A stretch of DNA of 60,497 nucleotides, filler included, from Asterionella formosa (taxonomy: Eukaryota): the NCBI GenBank assembly GCA_002256025.1. It is 4 parts of 4 records of this genome, joined end to end, with 100 filler letters (N's around TTAATTAATTAA, not from the genome) between each part and the next. Parts side by side here need not be neighbours in the genome. Positions count along the whole stretch, not along the records: positions 15,166 to 30,222 come from NKIB01005621.1; positions 30,323 to 45,360 come from NKIB01005627.1; 2 more parts are not named here. One strand, given 5' to 3'. The notes under the pieces were generated by a model. That model was given only the letters and a program-made list of their open reading frames with translations. It searched no databases and had not been told where the DNA came from. A program made the position numbers and the translations under genes. This document shows positions 23,266 through 34,388 of the stretch, one piece after another. How positions within the stretch are numbered: the first letter of the stretch is position 1; each line of letters begins with the position of its first letter.

Positions 23266-25224
23266 TTAAACGGAACCCATGCTATTGAAAGGAGGAATTA
23301 GAGTTGCAGTATCGTAACTTAGTGTCCTTGAAAGAGTCAACGGAGTGCTCTCTTTAGCTTCAGTATGATGCTCCGGTACCAATAAAATCTCTTTTTCTAG
23401 TTCTTTTCCCAAAACAGAATGCTTAATACCATAGGAAAAGTAGATGAGAACACCTATTATCACCCATAGTAATGTAAAGAACCATGCTTGAGTTGGTAAT
23501 GACCCCATCATGTAACAATTGGCTGCGATACCCAAGAGGGGAACAATCGGGACTAGAGGACATTGAAAGGTCTCGGGTGGGTCTGATCTAGGCAACACTG
23601 TCAAACCGATCGTCGCAAAGAGAGCCACAATCCCACATCCCAGTGGAATGGTCCCACCCCATTCTTCTCGAGCACACACGGAACCCCCCAGCGAGGAAAG
23701 GGTGAATAATAATACCAACCATGTAGGTTTAGACCCATTGTCACGTACATGCTGGCCCCTAGCTGATTTAACCCATCGTCCTATAGATAGCAGTGCTTCT
23801 AATTGTGGAGAGTTGTGAACTCTGGAAGGGGTTGTCGGTGTCCGAACGGGTGTTTGCAAAATAAAGGCCCGGTTGGAGGCGGATGGAACAGGAACGGGTC
23901 GCAACCAAGGACGGAGTCTTAAAATAATCACAGCAGCGTCAACAAAAGTAAAAACCATTAATGTTCCCAAGGAAATCATATTGGCCAATGCTTCCAACTC
24001 CACCAGACAGGCCAATGTAGCAACAATGACTCCGGTGATGAGTATTCCTGCTGTTGGAACCTTTGTAACGCTATCTACTTGTGCAAAAATAGGAAATAAT
24101 AGTCCGTCTTGCGCCATGCTGTAGAAGATACGCGGTTGGCCCATCATCCCTACAAAGGTGGCACTTGTCAAAGCAAAAATAGCTCCAATAGAAACGAACC
24201 GACTTCCGAATGCCAATACTCGATACAACACTGGTGAACAACTAGTGCTGAGACAGACTTGAGCTGCGTCGCTGGCGAGTTGTTGTTCGTGAGTGCAACA
24301 CGAATTTGCTAGTAAGGCGTTCGTGATGGGTACTTCACCTCCCAACAATTCAATGGGTGCCATTCCGATAATGACACCAGATACGAGAATATAGAGCATC
24401 GCCGAAATGACTAGTGACCCCACAATTCCCAGCGGCATGTTTCGCCCTGGATTGATCACCTCTTCTGAAAGACAGGCAACCATGTCAAAGCCAATAAAAG
24501 CAAAAAAGACCAAGCCAGCACCTTGTGCGATTCCTCGAACGCCAGTGGGAGCAAAGGGGATCAAATTGTCAAGTTCAATACTTTCTGTAAAAACTCCGGC
24601 TAGCACCACAAAGAGCAAGATACCAATATTGAGAACCGTCATGAAATTATTGAATCGCGAGGAGTCCTTAGCTCCGGCCATCAGGATGAAAGTACAAAGC
24701 GCGACTACCACTAGCGAAAGTGGTGCGCACGTCGTGTCGGTGAAGGGAATGGGCATTTTCGTCAGATAATGCAAGGCAGTGGTATTGCCCTGCCATTTTT
24801 CCACAATGCCAATCATGAGTGCTGCCAAGTATTCGGCCCAGGACCTAGCCGTGACACTGGCCGTAAATCCATATCCCAAGGTCAGATTCCATCCAATCAA
24901 CCATCCAATGAATTCACCAAAGGTGCAGTAGGCGTAGACAAAGGCTGATCCCGAAATGGGTATGCGAGCGGCAAATTCAGCATACGCGAGAGAGGTAAAG
25001 ATGCAGGCTATTCCACAGGCCAGAAAACTCAAGGTAATGGCAGGGCCTGCCAAGTTGGCGCCAATTCCAATCAAGGCGTAAATGCCTGCACCAACGGAAC
25101 AGCCGACGCCGTAGAGGATGAGATCCACGGCAGTGAGTGAGCGTTGAAGCTCGGATTCGGCTGGTGGTTCGAGAGGCTTGCGTCTCAGCATTGCAGCCTT
25201 GACGAGAGGTGGGAGGAGGGGCAT
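23266..25224 (-). CDS. Cationic amino acid transporter (APC superfamily, CAT type)
   Basis: GVGCSVGAGIY, SLAYAEFAARIPISGSAF, FFAFIGFD, EEVINPGRNMP, GQPRIFYSMAQDGLL and a C-terminal FQCPLVP domain; many TM helices; first ATG at 25224. Confidence 0.93.
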   Translation of the reverse strand: MPLLPPLVKAAMLRRKPLEPPAESELQRSLTAVDLILYGVGCSVGAGIYALIGIGANLAGPAITLSFLACGIACIFTSLAYAEFAARIPISGSAFVYAYCTFGEFIGWLIGWNLTLGYGFTASVTARSWAEYLAALMIGIVEKWQGNTTALHYLTKMPIPFTDTTCAPLSLVVVALCTFILMAGAKDSSRFNNFMTVLNIGILLFVVLAGVFTESIELDNLIPFAPTGVRGIAQGAGLVFFAFIGFDMVACLSEEVINPGRNMPLGIVGSLVISAMLYILVSGVIIGMAPIELLGGEVPITNALLANSCCTHEQQLASDAAQVCLSTSCSPVLYRVLAFGSRFVSIGAIFALTSATFVGMMGQPRIFYSMAQDGLLFPIFAQVDSVTKVPTAGILITGVIVATLACLVELEALANMISLGTLMVFTFVDAAVIILRLRPWLRPVPVPSASNRAFILQTPVRTPTTPSRVHNSPQLEALLSIGRWVKSARGQHVRDNGSKPTWLVLLFTLSSLGGSVCAREEWGGTIPLGCGIVALFATIGLTVLPRSDPPETFQCPLVPIVPLLGIAANCYMMGSLPTQAWFFTLLWVIIGVLIYFSYGIKHSVLGKELEKEILLVPEHHTEAKESTPLTLSRTLSYDTATLIPPFNSMGSV

Positions 25225-26330
25225 TGCAGGAGTCTTTGTCGAGCTGCAATCTGTTGTTCTGACCTCTTGATTGTCTGATTGTCTGCTATGAACAATCAAG
25301 GCAATTGTACAATCTTTTCGTCGCGAAACATAAAGCGCGGAGTCACAAGTTCGCCGTTCTCCTGTCCTTGTCAAGAGTAAATGACGCTCTTGTTACCTGC
25401 ATATACCGGTGTGTGAAATATAGGGGAGGAGACGATTGCAATATTCAAATGCACTTTCACCCCAATGGAAACTTGTGACAGGACTCGACAAAGATGATCG
25501 GGCAGACTACGTACACCGTTTATTTATATCTTCGGTATGTATATATAAATGCCAGGATGTGCGCACTTTATGAAGAGTCACAGGTATATAACATACTAAT
25601 ATCTACATACAGGATGTAGATATTAGTTTTGCCTATTTACTCCGAGTGCTCCGTATATGTAAGAAACGTCGGGGAGCGGGAGCATATTATGTAATCACAC
25701 CAGTAAAAGCAGTCATTATAAGTAATATGACACACACATGATCTGCAAATGTACGCAAAGGAATACATACGTACATTTTCAACGGATCAAACTTGCATTA
25801 TGGCGCGCCATCGTCATTGGAATGTTCCAGAAGTCCACGCTTGGAATTACCAGGTACGTAACATTCTGAATACCGGTATATGCATACCGGTAGAATGGCG
25901 GCATGAGGCAAGGAGAATCCAGCTGCTGATGCAGAACATACAAGTCTAAATTACCCAGAGTCAATACATAGCTCCTCAATCATTCACTAGGTACTGGTAG
26001 TCTACTTTCTCATTGAGGAGAAAACAAATGCATCACGGGAGATGGTATATTTGGTTTTGATGTTAGCTGTTCTATGCACTGGAAAAGGTATTAGAGATGA
26101 TGTAATCATAAATGTGATAGTAGCTTAGGTCAAATAAGAGCAATTTATTGACAACTTCTATAGCTGCACTATGACAATATTGGACAGGTAACCAAATATG
26201 TGGGAAAACTAAATTCCTCAGATTGCGTACTGGCAATTTCCATCTGTAAGAGTGACCAAAGTAGCATTCCTTCGCTGCCACATTCCAATCGTAATCAAAC
26301 CATTAACGTTTCGCTGATGTCAATGAAGAA

Positions 26331-27281
26331 TTACATTTCGTCGTCATTTGTTGGGACGCTCATCCCAACAAGATCCCAGCGACCACTAATATCCTGTCCA
26401 CCATCTGGATAGTCTCCAGACTGAAAGGAAAACTCCAACGGATCAAACCGTTGTTCTGTTATGGATGAAAACAAGACCCATCGACCTTGTGGGCTCTGCT
26501 TCTTGTCCTCACTTTTCTTTTTCAAATTGCGACGTTGCTGGTGCGGCGCATAGACATATTTTAATTGCCATACTTGATCAAAGGTATCGTTCGGGTACGC
26601 GTCGGGGCACGAGGAGCACCCCAATGCTTTCGACAAATCTGGCAAGGCAGAATGTTCCCAAGAAATGACAGTTACTTGTCCACATTGGTCACCCATGCGA
26701 GAAAATACATTCGTCGCTAATTTCGTCGAATCTAATCTAGTATATTTGTTTTGGATAGACACATTTACTTTTTGCGCAAGTGGTTGCAAGGTTTCCAATT
26801 CCCGCATATTCAAGTGCCCCGACCGTGTTGGAGAGAGGGCGTACAGCTGTGATGGGATAGGCCAGCGTGTGCCAAATAAAGTGGCAAGAAAATGAGCGCG
26901 TTCAAGACCTAGATAACTGCAGTGTTGTTCACTTGCGTCAAGCTCAGGTCCTTCCTTTTCGCAGTGACGAATGAGGATTACAGTAGATTCACAACCGAGG
27001 TGTGGCGTCTTGGCCAGTATGTTTAACTGTTCCATCTGTCCCAAGGCGAAGGGGTCTGGAGGTTTACTTGCTTTGCTCGAGTCGGAGGTATTTCGGTCCG
27101 TATCAGAAGCAGCAGCTGCTCGCTTGGCTCGAGCGATAGTCACGGCCTTGACAGAAAACGCGGCAATGGTAACCATGATGGACAAGCCGAGAAAACCCCA
27201 AAGACAAGGCCACAGCAAGGAAGGTCGATGCCGGCGGGTGATTTGACCATCAACAATGAGTCCGTCTCGTTCTGTAACCAT
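26331..27281 (-). CDS. Membrane-anchored histidine phosphatase / phosphoglycerate mutase-like protein
   Basis: VILIRHCEK, GLERA, RELETLQPLA and ISWEH motifs; N-terminal TM helix. Confidence 0.8.
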   Translation of the reverse strand: MVTERDGLIVDGQITRRHRPSLLWPCLWGFLGLSIMVTIAAFSVKAVTIARAKRAAAASDTDRNTSDSSKASKPPDPFALGQMEQLNILAKTPHLGCESTVILIRHCEKEGPELDASEQHCSYLGLERAHFLATLFGTRWPIPSQLYALSPTRSGHLNMRELETLQPLAQKVNVSIQNKYTRLDSTKLATNVFSRMGDQCGQVTVISWEHSALPDLSKALGCSSCPDAYPNDTFDQVWQLKYVYAPHQQRRNLKKKSEDKKQSPQGRWVLFSSITEQRFDPLEFSFQSGDYPDGGQDISGRWDLVGMSVPTNDDEM

Positions 27282-28224
27282 AGTAGCCCGTCACTTTTAC
27301 TCCGAAGAAGCGAAAGTCTATGAATGGGAACCGGTGACCTTCACACACTATTAATTGTTACATTTCTTGTGGATTTAGCATTTTACACGCCGTTACAAAT
27401 AAGGCACAGGTAATACGCACTTGTGGCGTATATAGTTATTGCTCGAACTCCTGTCGTACAAGTACCTGGTAGCCTATACCGGGTAGGAGTAGCCGTGAAC
27501 ACGTGAATTGTTGAGTGCGTGACGCCAGAAATGTCGAAATCTTAACTTTTCCTTTGGTGTTGAACTGGTTTATGCAATTGTTTCATTGTTCCTTCATTCA
27601 ACTTCCCCTGATCCTCCTCACTCCATATTACGCTAACTTTCCTGTACACACAACAAAAAGCTTTCAGGTATACCTACTTTCGTTAGAAATAGGCAGGCAG
27701 CAGCCAGAGCACAGTATTTCTGATTGATCGTCAGAGTTGAAACACATCATTACAATTCCTGATTGCTAATTCACAATTCCGTCACGAATCAGTGAAGGCA
27801 CTACATATCATGTACCAAGATGTTTAACCTTCAGATATTTGGTAAAGAACAGTTTTGAAGGGTGAACTCCATGAACGAATGAGAGTAACATGACAGAAAA
27901 TCTTAAGACATTGTGAGGTTTGACCTATTTTTACCAAACAGGTTTTACCACCTAACGTTAAACTGAGAGTAGTTGTGGAGACGTATTGTTATATCCTTGT
28001 TGTGCCTGAGTTCTTATCAAGTTCTAGTTTGCTCCTTCACTGTGAATGGTCCACATTCAAATGAACTTATCTCCAAGAACTTTATTAGGCCCTAGCTGCC
28101 TTGGACTAGCTAGTACTACTCTGATCATTGTGCTCATCTACATTGGAGCATTTAATTACAAACAGCTGTCTTCTGACTGATATTTGTTGCTCTGGTAGCA
28201 GTTTGAGAATCCTTCATCATGTAG

Positions 28225-28665
28225 TCTCAGCCTTGACCATGACACGATAATGAATGTCTCCACAAAAATTGAGAATGATGCCTTCCTATTTGCTACATAT
28301 ATCAAGCATGACATAGATAGAGCAATCATAAAAGAATTAATGTAATAACACTAGTAATATTGGCAACGAAAATTAAAGTCGCTGATGTCACATTTTTATG
28401 TTATATAGAAATGCACAATTTTTAAAACAACTATGGTTAGAGCAGATTTGACACTTTCACAGTAACTGCACAACAGAAAATAGTACAACGACTAAAAAAA
28501 CAGCATGATTAATTGAATTAAAATATGTGTTATAAGTTATTCATTAGTAACTGAGAATTGATTGATTGTATTGGCATTTTGTGTCGTTGTAGATGCAGGT
28601 ATTGTTGCTGACAAATGTGAAGCATATCAGCACTATTGCTTTGATGTATGGCAGCCCCTTCAAGG
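28225..28665. repeat. Dispersed repeat, copy 2 (paralog at 13527-13960)
   Basis: Collinear similarity to copy 1. Confidence 0.75.
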
Positions 28666-28722
28666 GATTGCTTCTACTCATCAGGACAACTGCAATGCTA
28701 TAACTGGGACTTGAAGGGGCTG

Positions 28723-28792
28723 AGTGCAACGATAACACGAGAAGTGCAACGATAACACGAGAAGTGCAACGATAACACGAGAAATGCAACGA
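28723..28792. repeat. 20-bp minisatellite, about 3.5 units
   Basis: AGTGCAACGATAACACGAGA repeated in tandem. Confidence 0.95.
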
Positions 28793-28975
28793 CATGCGAG
28801 AGCCATGGCGATCTGCATTTTGCATGCAAAATAATGCGCAAAATACATAATTTTAGGGTTACGTTTAATTGCTACCTGTACTGGTATAGCTAAAAACGGT
28901 ACATATATGTACCTGGTACGGTTGATCGTAACAAACCAGGATTCTGTGCGTTCAACCACAAGTACCGGTACCAGG

Positions 28976-29170
28976 TGAAGTATCTAACTAGAAGTAGTAG
29001 TATTTGTTGAATATATGAGCTTATTAATTAATCCTTATGTATAACTCATTTCCTGAACTGACATCAAAGTATAGAATGGGTGTTAGTCGAGTTCTCTCAT
29101 TATTGAATTCCGATATATTTGACATAACCCCAACTCTATAAATATCTGTATCGATGTGCAGGATTGCTCA
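28976..29170 (-). mobile_element. 3' LTR (195 bp) of a Ty3/Gypsy retrotransposon
   Basis: TGA...TCA termini; preceded on the minus strand by purine-rich TGTGGGAGAG (PPT-like, 29171-29180) just after the integrase stop; homologous to 43765-43961. Confidence 0.85.
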
Positions 29171-29196
29171 CTCTCCCACACTTGAGGGAAAACCTT

Positions 29197-30222
29197 TTAC
29201 CTATGAAAAGGTTTGATACGACGAATATTAATTCGTTCGGTAATATGCATAGTGCGTTGAAAAGTAACTGTACCATTGGCATGTACTTGAATAATAGTAT
29301 AAGGACCTCGTCCACGATCATCCAAAGTAGTAGGATTATCCAATAATATTAAAATCTCGTCACCCACTTTGTAATCATAAGATCGACGACGGAAATTTGC
29401 ACGACGTAAACGTTCGTCAATTATCACCTGTCGACGTTGATGTATTAATTGTAAATCTGTAATCAAAGGAATATTTAATATCATATCACGTTGGAAAACC
29501 CATGCTCCTGGTGAAATACGTAATATACTATGAATAGTAGCTCGAGCTGCATATGACGCAGCTGCAAAACATGTATCCACAATATTTTGGGCTTGAAATT
29601 CATTGATTGGAGGATGAGCCTTTAACATAACTCGTAGACTATTGCTGATAGATTGATGGAAACGTTCACAGATAGCATTTGCTTGTGGATTCTTTACTGT
29701 GGTAGTCACATCTTTGATTCCATTCAATACTAACATGTGTAAGAAAGGAGCACCAGTAAATTCACCTCCATTGTCATGTATACAACGTTCTGGACGGGGA
29801 TATCTGGCTAACCAATCATTTTCAAATTTCATTGCAATATATTCTGATGTTTTATTGATGATACGTGAAATTTCTGCTAAATTGGTGACTGTGTCAATAC
29901 AAGTTAGAGCACGAAATTCAATCGTTTGAGCAGCCACTGTTATCTTCCATGGACCAATTAGATCTACTGCGACTTCTGACCATGGTAATAATAATGCATT
30001 CCTGGGTGGAAGTTCACCAAAACCAGTACCAGGTAATTTTGTACGTTGACATGCTTCACATACTCTTACAATATGTTCCACTCTTGTTTTTAATATAGGG
30101 TGATAAAAATGTGTAGCAATTGTAGCATTTAATCTTGTCATACCCACATGAGCTAACATCTGATGATACCAATTAATAATAGGATCCAATAATGATGTAG
30201 GAATAGCAATACGCCAAGTATC
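29197..30222 (-). CDS. pol: Ty3/Gypsy pol C-terminal integrase, 5'-truncated by the segment end
   Basis: HHCC finger (HQMLAH...CEAC), DDE triad (VDLIGP, HDNGGEF, AICERFH) and GPY motif; frame is open to 30222; integrase lies last before PPT and LTR. Confidence 0.93.
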   Translation of the reverse strand, partial: DTWRIAIPTSLLDPIINWYHQMLAHVGMTRLNATIATHFYHPILKTRVEHIVRVCEACQRTKLPGTGFGELPPRNALLLPWSEVAVDLIGPWKITVAAQTIEFRALTCIDTVTNLAEISRIINKTSEYIAMKFENDWLARYPRPERCIHDNGGEFTGAPFLHMLVLNGIKDVTTTVKNPQANAICERFHQSISNSLRVMLKAHPPINEFQAQNIVDTCFAAASYAARATIHSILRISPGAWVFQRDMILNIPLITDLQLIHQRRQVIIDERLRRANFRRRSYDYKVGDEILILLDNPTTLDDRGRGPYTIIQVHANGTVTFQRTMHITERINIRRIKPFHR

Positions 30223-30322
30223 NNNNNNNNNNNNNNNNNNNNNNNNNNNNNNNNNNNNNNNNNNNNTTAATTAATTAANNNNNNNNNNNNNNNNNNNNNN
30301 NNNNNNNNNNNNNNNNNNNNNN
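30223..30322. other. Artificial scaffold linker
   Basis: 44 N + TTAATTAATTAA + 44 N. Confidence 0.97.
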
Positions 30323-30363
30323 CATATATATATTGTCAGTATGCATATATATGGGATCTGGCC

Positions 30364-30478
30364 AGAAACTGCAGAAAGGAGCTTCGGTTTTTTAACTATG
30401 CTAAAAAGACTCGAAAATTCGGGGGAAATCTGTTTATTTGGTATATTTTAAAAACTGAAGTTCCTTTCTGCAGTTTCT
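30364..30478. mobile_element. MITE-like foldback element
   Basis: AGAAACTGCAGAAAGGAGCTTCGGTTTTTTAA versus right arm reverse complement AGAAACTGCAGAAAGGAACTTCAGTTTTTAA (about 31-bp inverted repeat). Confidence 0.7.
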
Positions 30479-30880
30479 TGCATCAAGTTATATACTGATT
30501 GATGCTATTTGAAAGTTACACATGTATCTGAATCGCCTTCAGACCCAACCAATGTTTAGCTATCGTCGTCGTCCAAAAAATCGACAAAATCAGCCTTTTC
30601 TGCAGTCTCCAAAAAAACGGAATCAGAATTACTATGAGCCGAAACGTCATCATCTGATGACATTTTCTATGTCTTCAGACGCCTATCCTGTGTTACGTTA
30701 TCAATTTCAGCAAAATGACCGCAACTTGCCGGTTTTCGTGCTGTGATCATGATGTGCTGCAAATCATGTTGCATTGCTCAGGAAATGGTGAGGCCATTAC
30801 AATACGAGAAGTCACCACCACGCTACATCAATGCAACAGAGGGAATTCTCAGCGCCCCTCATATCACGTCGATAGCTCCA

Positions 30881-31807
30881 ATGACAAAGGCAATCTCAGT
30901 TTATCTTCTGCGTCATGGAGAGCGAGAAGATGAAGTTGGGGCAGGGTTGCATTCAAGCGCATCGAGTGCCAAAGAACGCTTAGATCCGGCCTTAACAGAA
31001 CAAGGCTATAGACAAGCAAACGCGGCGCTTAACAACCTGCTTTCGTCGCTGGATGGGAAGGAAGTTGCTGTTTTCTCCTCTCCCCTGAGACGAACTATCG
31101 GAACAGCATTGATGATTGCTTGTGCCCCGTCAAACAAAAAAGTCAAGATGATACTGCCGACCCCTAACGACGACGTCATACAGCAAGGCTGCATACCGGT
31201 ACTTGTCATGAATGGCCTTTGCGACTGTGCTGCTGCTGTGGAACGAATAGGATGTGCGAACCTTGCTGTATCAAAAGGGTACATTGATAATGCTGCCATG
31301 CGAGAGAATGACAGCTCGGAATCGAGTCCTTTCTTGCGTTCGCTAGATGGGCTTGTTTCAGTCGCAAAGTGCTCATCAGAATGTTGTGGTACTGGAGACT
31401 CATCCATGATTCAGTTTTGGAAGGAAAACGACTATTCCTCGCGCTCGTTCTCGCCAATGACGCCACCAATTTCGATCCGCGAATCCATACCCGTGTCGAG
31501 AAACCTGCCAGAATTAAAACAAACCTTTACACCGGTTTCTTCCAAGCAATCAGCTGATTGCTTTCTAACTACACTCAATCGAGCAATACGATTGACTGTC
31601 GCCGCAAACTGCAATGCATGTATTGTGGTTACCCATAGGGAAGGTATACGGTATCTGGTACGCCAAGTCTGTCAATATCGCAATGAAGGTGTCAAATTGA
31701 GTACGCCATATTGTTGTATTGCCAAATTTACTGCAGCTGTATCCAGCGAAAAGATACAATGGGATTTTGAACACTTATCATCATATGAAAAATATGGTAT
31801 TCACTAG
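30881..31807 (+). CDS. Histidine phosphatase (phosphoglycerate mutase family)
   Basis: LLRHGERED, DPALTEQG, FSSPLRRTIGTA, VVTHREG. Start ATG 30881 inferred from the RHG position; the ORF extends further upstream. Confidence 0.88.
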   Translation: MTKAISVYLLRHGEREDEVGAGLHSSASSAKERLDPALTEQGYRQANAALNNLLSSLDGKEVAVFSSPLRRTIGTALMIACAPSNKKVKMILPTPNDDVIQQGCIPVLVMNGLCDCAAAVERIGCANLAVSKGYIDNAAMRENDSSESSPFLRSLDGLVSVAKCSSECCGTGDSSMIQFWKENDYSSRSFSPMTPPISIRESIPVSRNLPELKQTFTPVSSKQSADCFLTTLNRAIRLTVAANCNACIVVTHREGIRYLVRQVCQYRNEGVKLSTPYCCIAKFTAAVSSEKIQWDFEHLSSYEKYGIH

Positions 31808-32974
31808 CAACATCCAGTCTATTTCTTTCCCAACGTTGCCTTGAGTGTTAACGCTGGTGAACTGGATAATTATCATACACATGTTCGTTTGAAAGGTTTG
31901 GGACCGAAAGAAAAGTTTACTTTCTGATCACTGTGTGTAATATCTGGTGGAGTTTCACCATCATGTGCTCAATGCTAACCTCTCAGTCCTGCAATATTTC
32001 GCTCAGTTCACGACACAATCCTGACACATTTATATCATCAGCATTGTTCTTAATTTACAAGCAAAGTGTATGGAGCAACAGGAGGAAATATGAATGAATG
32101 CGCACTTTTCTGTATCCATGCAAGATGTGAATGTTATGGAGGACTAAAAAAGTAAAACTCAAGATGTTAGTCCTTGCAAAGAGCATGGGTTGAGTTGTCT
32201 TCCTTAGTGTTGGTAAGCCACTATTCCTGTTACTCCTCCAAGCACAGTAAAAATATTGAACCTGTATTGTCTTCAGCAATTATCTGGATTATTCCCAAAT
32301 GAACTGGTGTTTATCACATCTTGAACTCAAAATTCATGTGCATGGTGCTGGTCTCATTTTTTAATGTTTTGTTTCTATCATCAGTTGCAATGAATCAGTA
32401 CATGTGTATGCCAGGAAGAGTCTGGGAATGAAACAAAGCTAATGCAATACCAGTACTCATGAGTCACCAAAAGCAGTGACTAAACCTGTCTGACTGAACA
32501 TAAGGGGTCCAGGAATATGGTGAGATCCCTTTGTACAACATGATAATATGTGTTAGTGTTTTAATGTCTGTAGAGAAGCTTGCTTCTCTTGTTGGATTCG
32601 AAAGGGCCACCTGAAAACAGTATCCATTGTGAATTCAATAATCTACAATATTCCTATATATTTTTTATTGTTGCCAGGCTAAAAGTACATGTTGACAAAT
32701 TAGTGTTGTCCTGTGCATTTGGAAGTATTGAAGCCAAAGGCTATATGCCATGATTACTAACCAAGCTACTAACACTTAACCACAAACAAAATACATAGTT
32801 GACTAGCCTACATGCTCAGGAAGGGGCCAGTACTCTCAGAATTAACATTTGAGTAAGTTTTGATAGCAAAATGTGTTATTCTGTGTTCAATGTGTCAGGG
32901 CAGTACAAAGATATTTTCAATGGGCAATGCAATTTTGACTGTTACTTCCATTTCACGATTGATATTGTAGTTGC

Positions 32975-34388
32975 TTAAATGATGTTGTCATCTTCATCAA
33001 ATAAATGCTCGCTTGTCAGGTAAAATTGAAATTGATTTTGTTGCTCATTGAAGTGCACTCGCCGTCGAGATGAGATCAAAACCTCCTCCTCCATGGATGG
33101 CACTTGTTGATTCTCCTTTTCAGGGGCCAGAACGCCTTGAGAATCATCACTATCATTTAAGTTAGTGGATTGTGCCTGATTATGTAGATGCCTGATGTGG
33201 ACGGGTGCTTTGGAGTCTGGGTGCCGATGCGATGAATTGAAGTAAGAGGGAATTTCTTGCGAGGCACAAGCATGGTCAGAGCTGTTGGCAAGCGAAAGGT
33301 TTTCATCTCTGATGTCCCTTAGATCTGTTCGAGTCGTCGCCTGGTGCATGACTGAAGCGTACAAAGTGTTGTCAAGATCGGCGTCAAGATCAAATTCGCG
33401 TGAAAAGCCCTTCCGAGGAAAGGCCGATTCAAACCGTCCAGGANNNNNNNNNNNNNNNNNNNNNNNNNNNNNNNNNNNNNNNNNNNNNNNNNNNNNNNNN
33501 NNNNNNNNNNNNNNNNNNNNNNNNNNNNNNNNNNNNNNNNNNNNNNNNNNNNNNNNNNNNNNNNNNNNNNNNNNNNNNNNNNNNNNNNNNNNNNNNNNNN
33601 NNNNNNNNNNNNNNNNNNNNNNNNNNNNNNNNNNNNNNNNNNNNNNNNNNNNNNNNNNNNNNNNNNNNNNNNNNNNNNNNNNNNNNNNNNNNNNNNNNNN
33701 NNNNNNNNNNNNNNNNNNNNNNNNNNNNNNNNNNNNNNNNNNNNNNNNNNNNNNNNNNNNNNNNNNNNNNNNNNNNNNNNNNNNNNNNNNNNNNNNNNNN
33801 NNNNNNNNNNNNNNNNNNNNNNNNNNNNNNNNNNNNNNNNNNNNNNNNNNNNNNNNNNNNNNNNNNNNNNNNNNNNNNNNNNNNNNNNTCAAGGATAAAC
33901 CGATTGAGCTGTTCTTCGTCGATTCTAAGTGCAACAATATCCAATCGTCTCTTGATCCAATGCAGGTCATGACGACTTTTCGTTCTCTTAGTGACAATGA
34001 GTGGAGCCTTTGACCGGAATTCCGGGTGATTCGGTAGCGCTTTTGACAGGAAAATAATTAATCGGTGCCCCATGACGAAAAGTTCTTCAATGTTACTGCG
34101 ACTCTCGTACATTGCTCGGAAATGAGATAGTACCTGTGATTTTCCCACATCAGAATGTTAGGAGGGCAACGAATCAGCAACCAGATATCTGTTCAAACTC
34201 ACCTTTTCAGCAACATCAAAATAGGAAGAAACTGGAAGCCTCCTGTTGATTGAAAACATTGTGCCCCCTTCTATCTCGTCTTGTTCCAGGAGGGCATCAC
34301 GTCGCGCTTTCCCGTGCCGTCTCCAATCTCTTTCAAGTCCCATTGAGGTCATATTAAAGGCTGCTGCTCGGTCAACATGACCGTCCAT
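32975..34388 (-). CDS. USP8-dimerisation / AMSH N-terminal (MIT-like) domain protein; one intron; spans an assembly gap
   Basis: Phase-0 intron 34134-34202 (GTGAGT...CACAG) joins SSYFDVAEK to VLSHFRAMYESRSNIEELFVMGHRLIIFLSKALPNHPEF. The C-terminus beyond the gap is assumed to belong to the same gene. Confidence 0.7.
33444..33888. other. Sized assembly gap (445 N)
   Basis: Plain N run with no stop linker. Confidence 0.97.

Noticed and set aside
28723..28792. CRISPR or iteron array
   Set aside because: Contiguous 20-bp tandem repeat with no spacers.
33285..34013. Long plus-strand ORFs across the N run
   Set aside because: Their length is an artefact of translating Ns; the real gene is on the minus strand.
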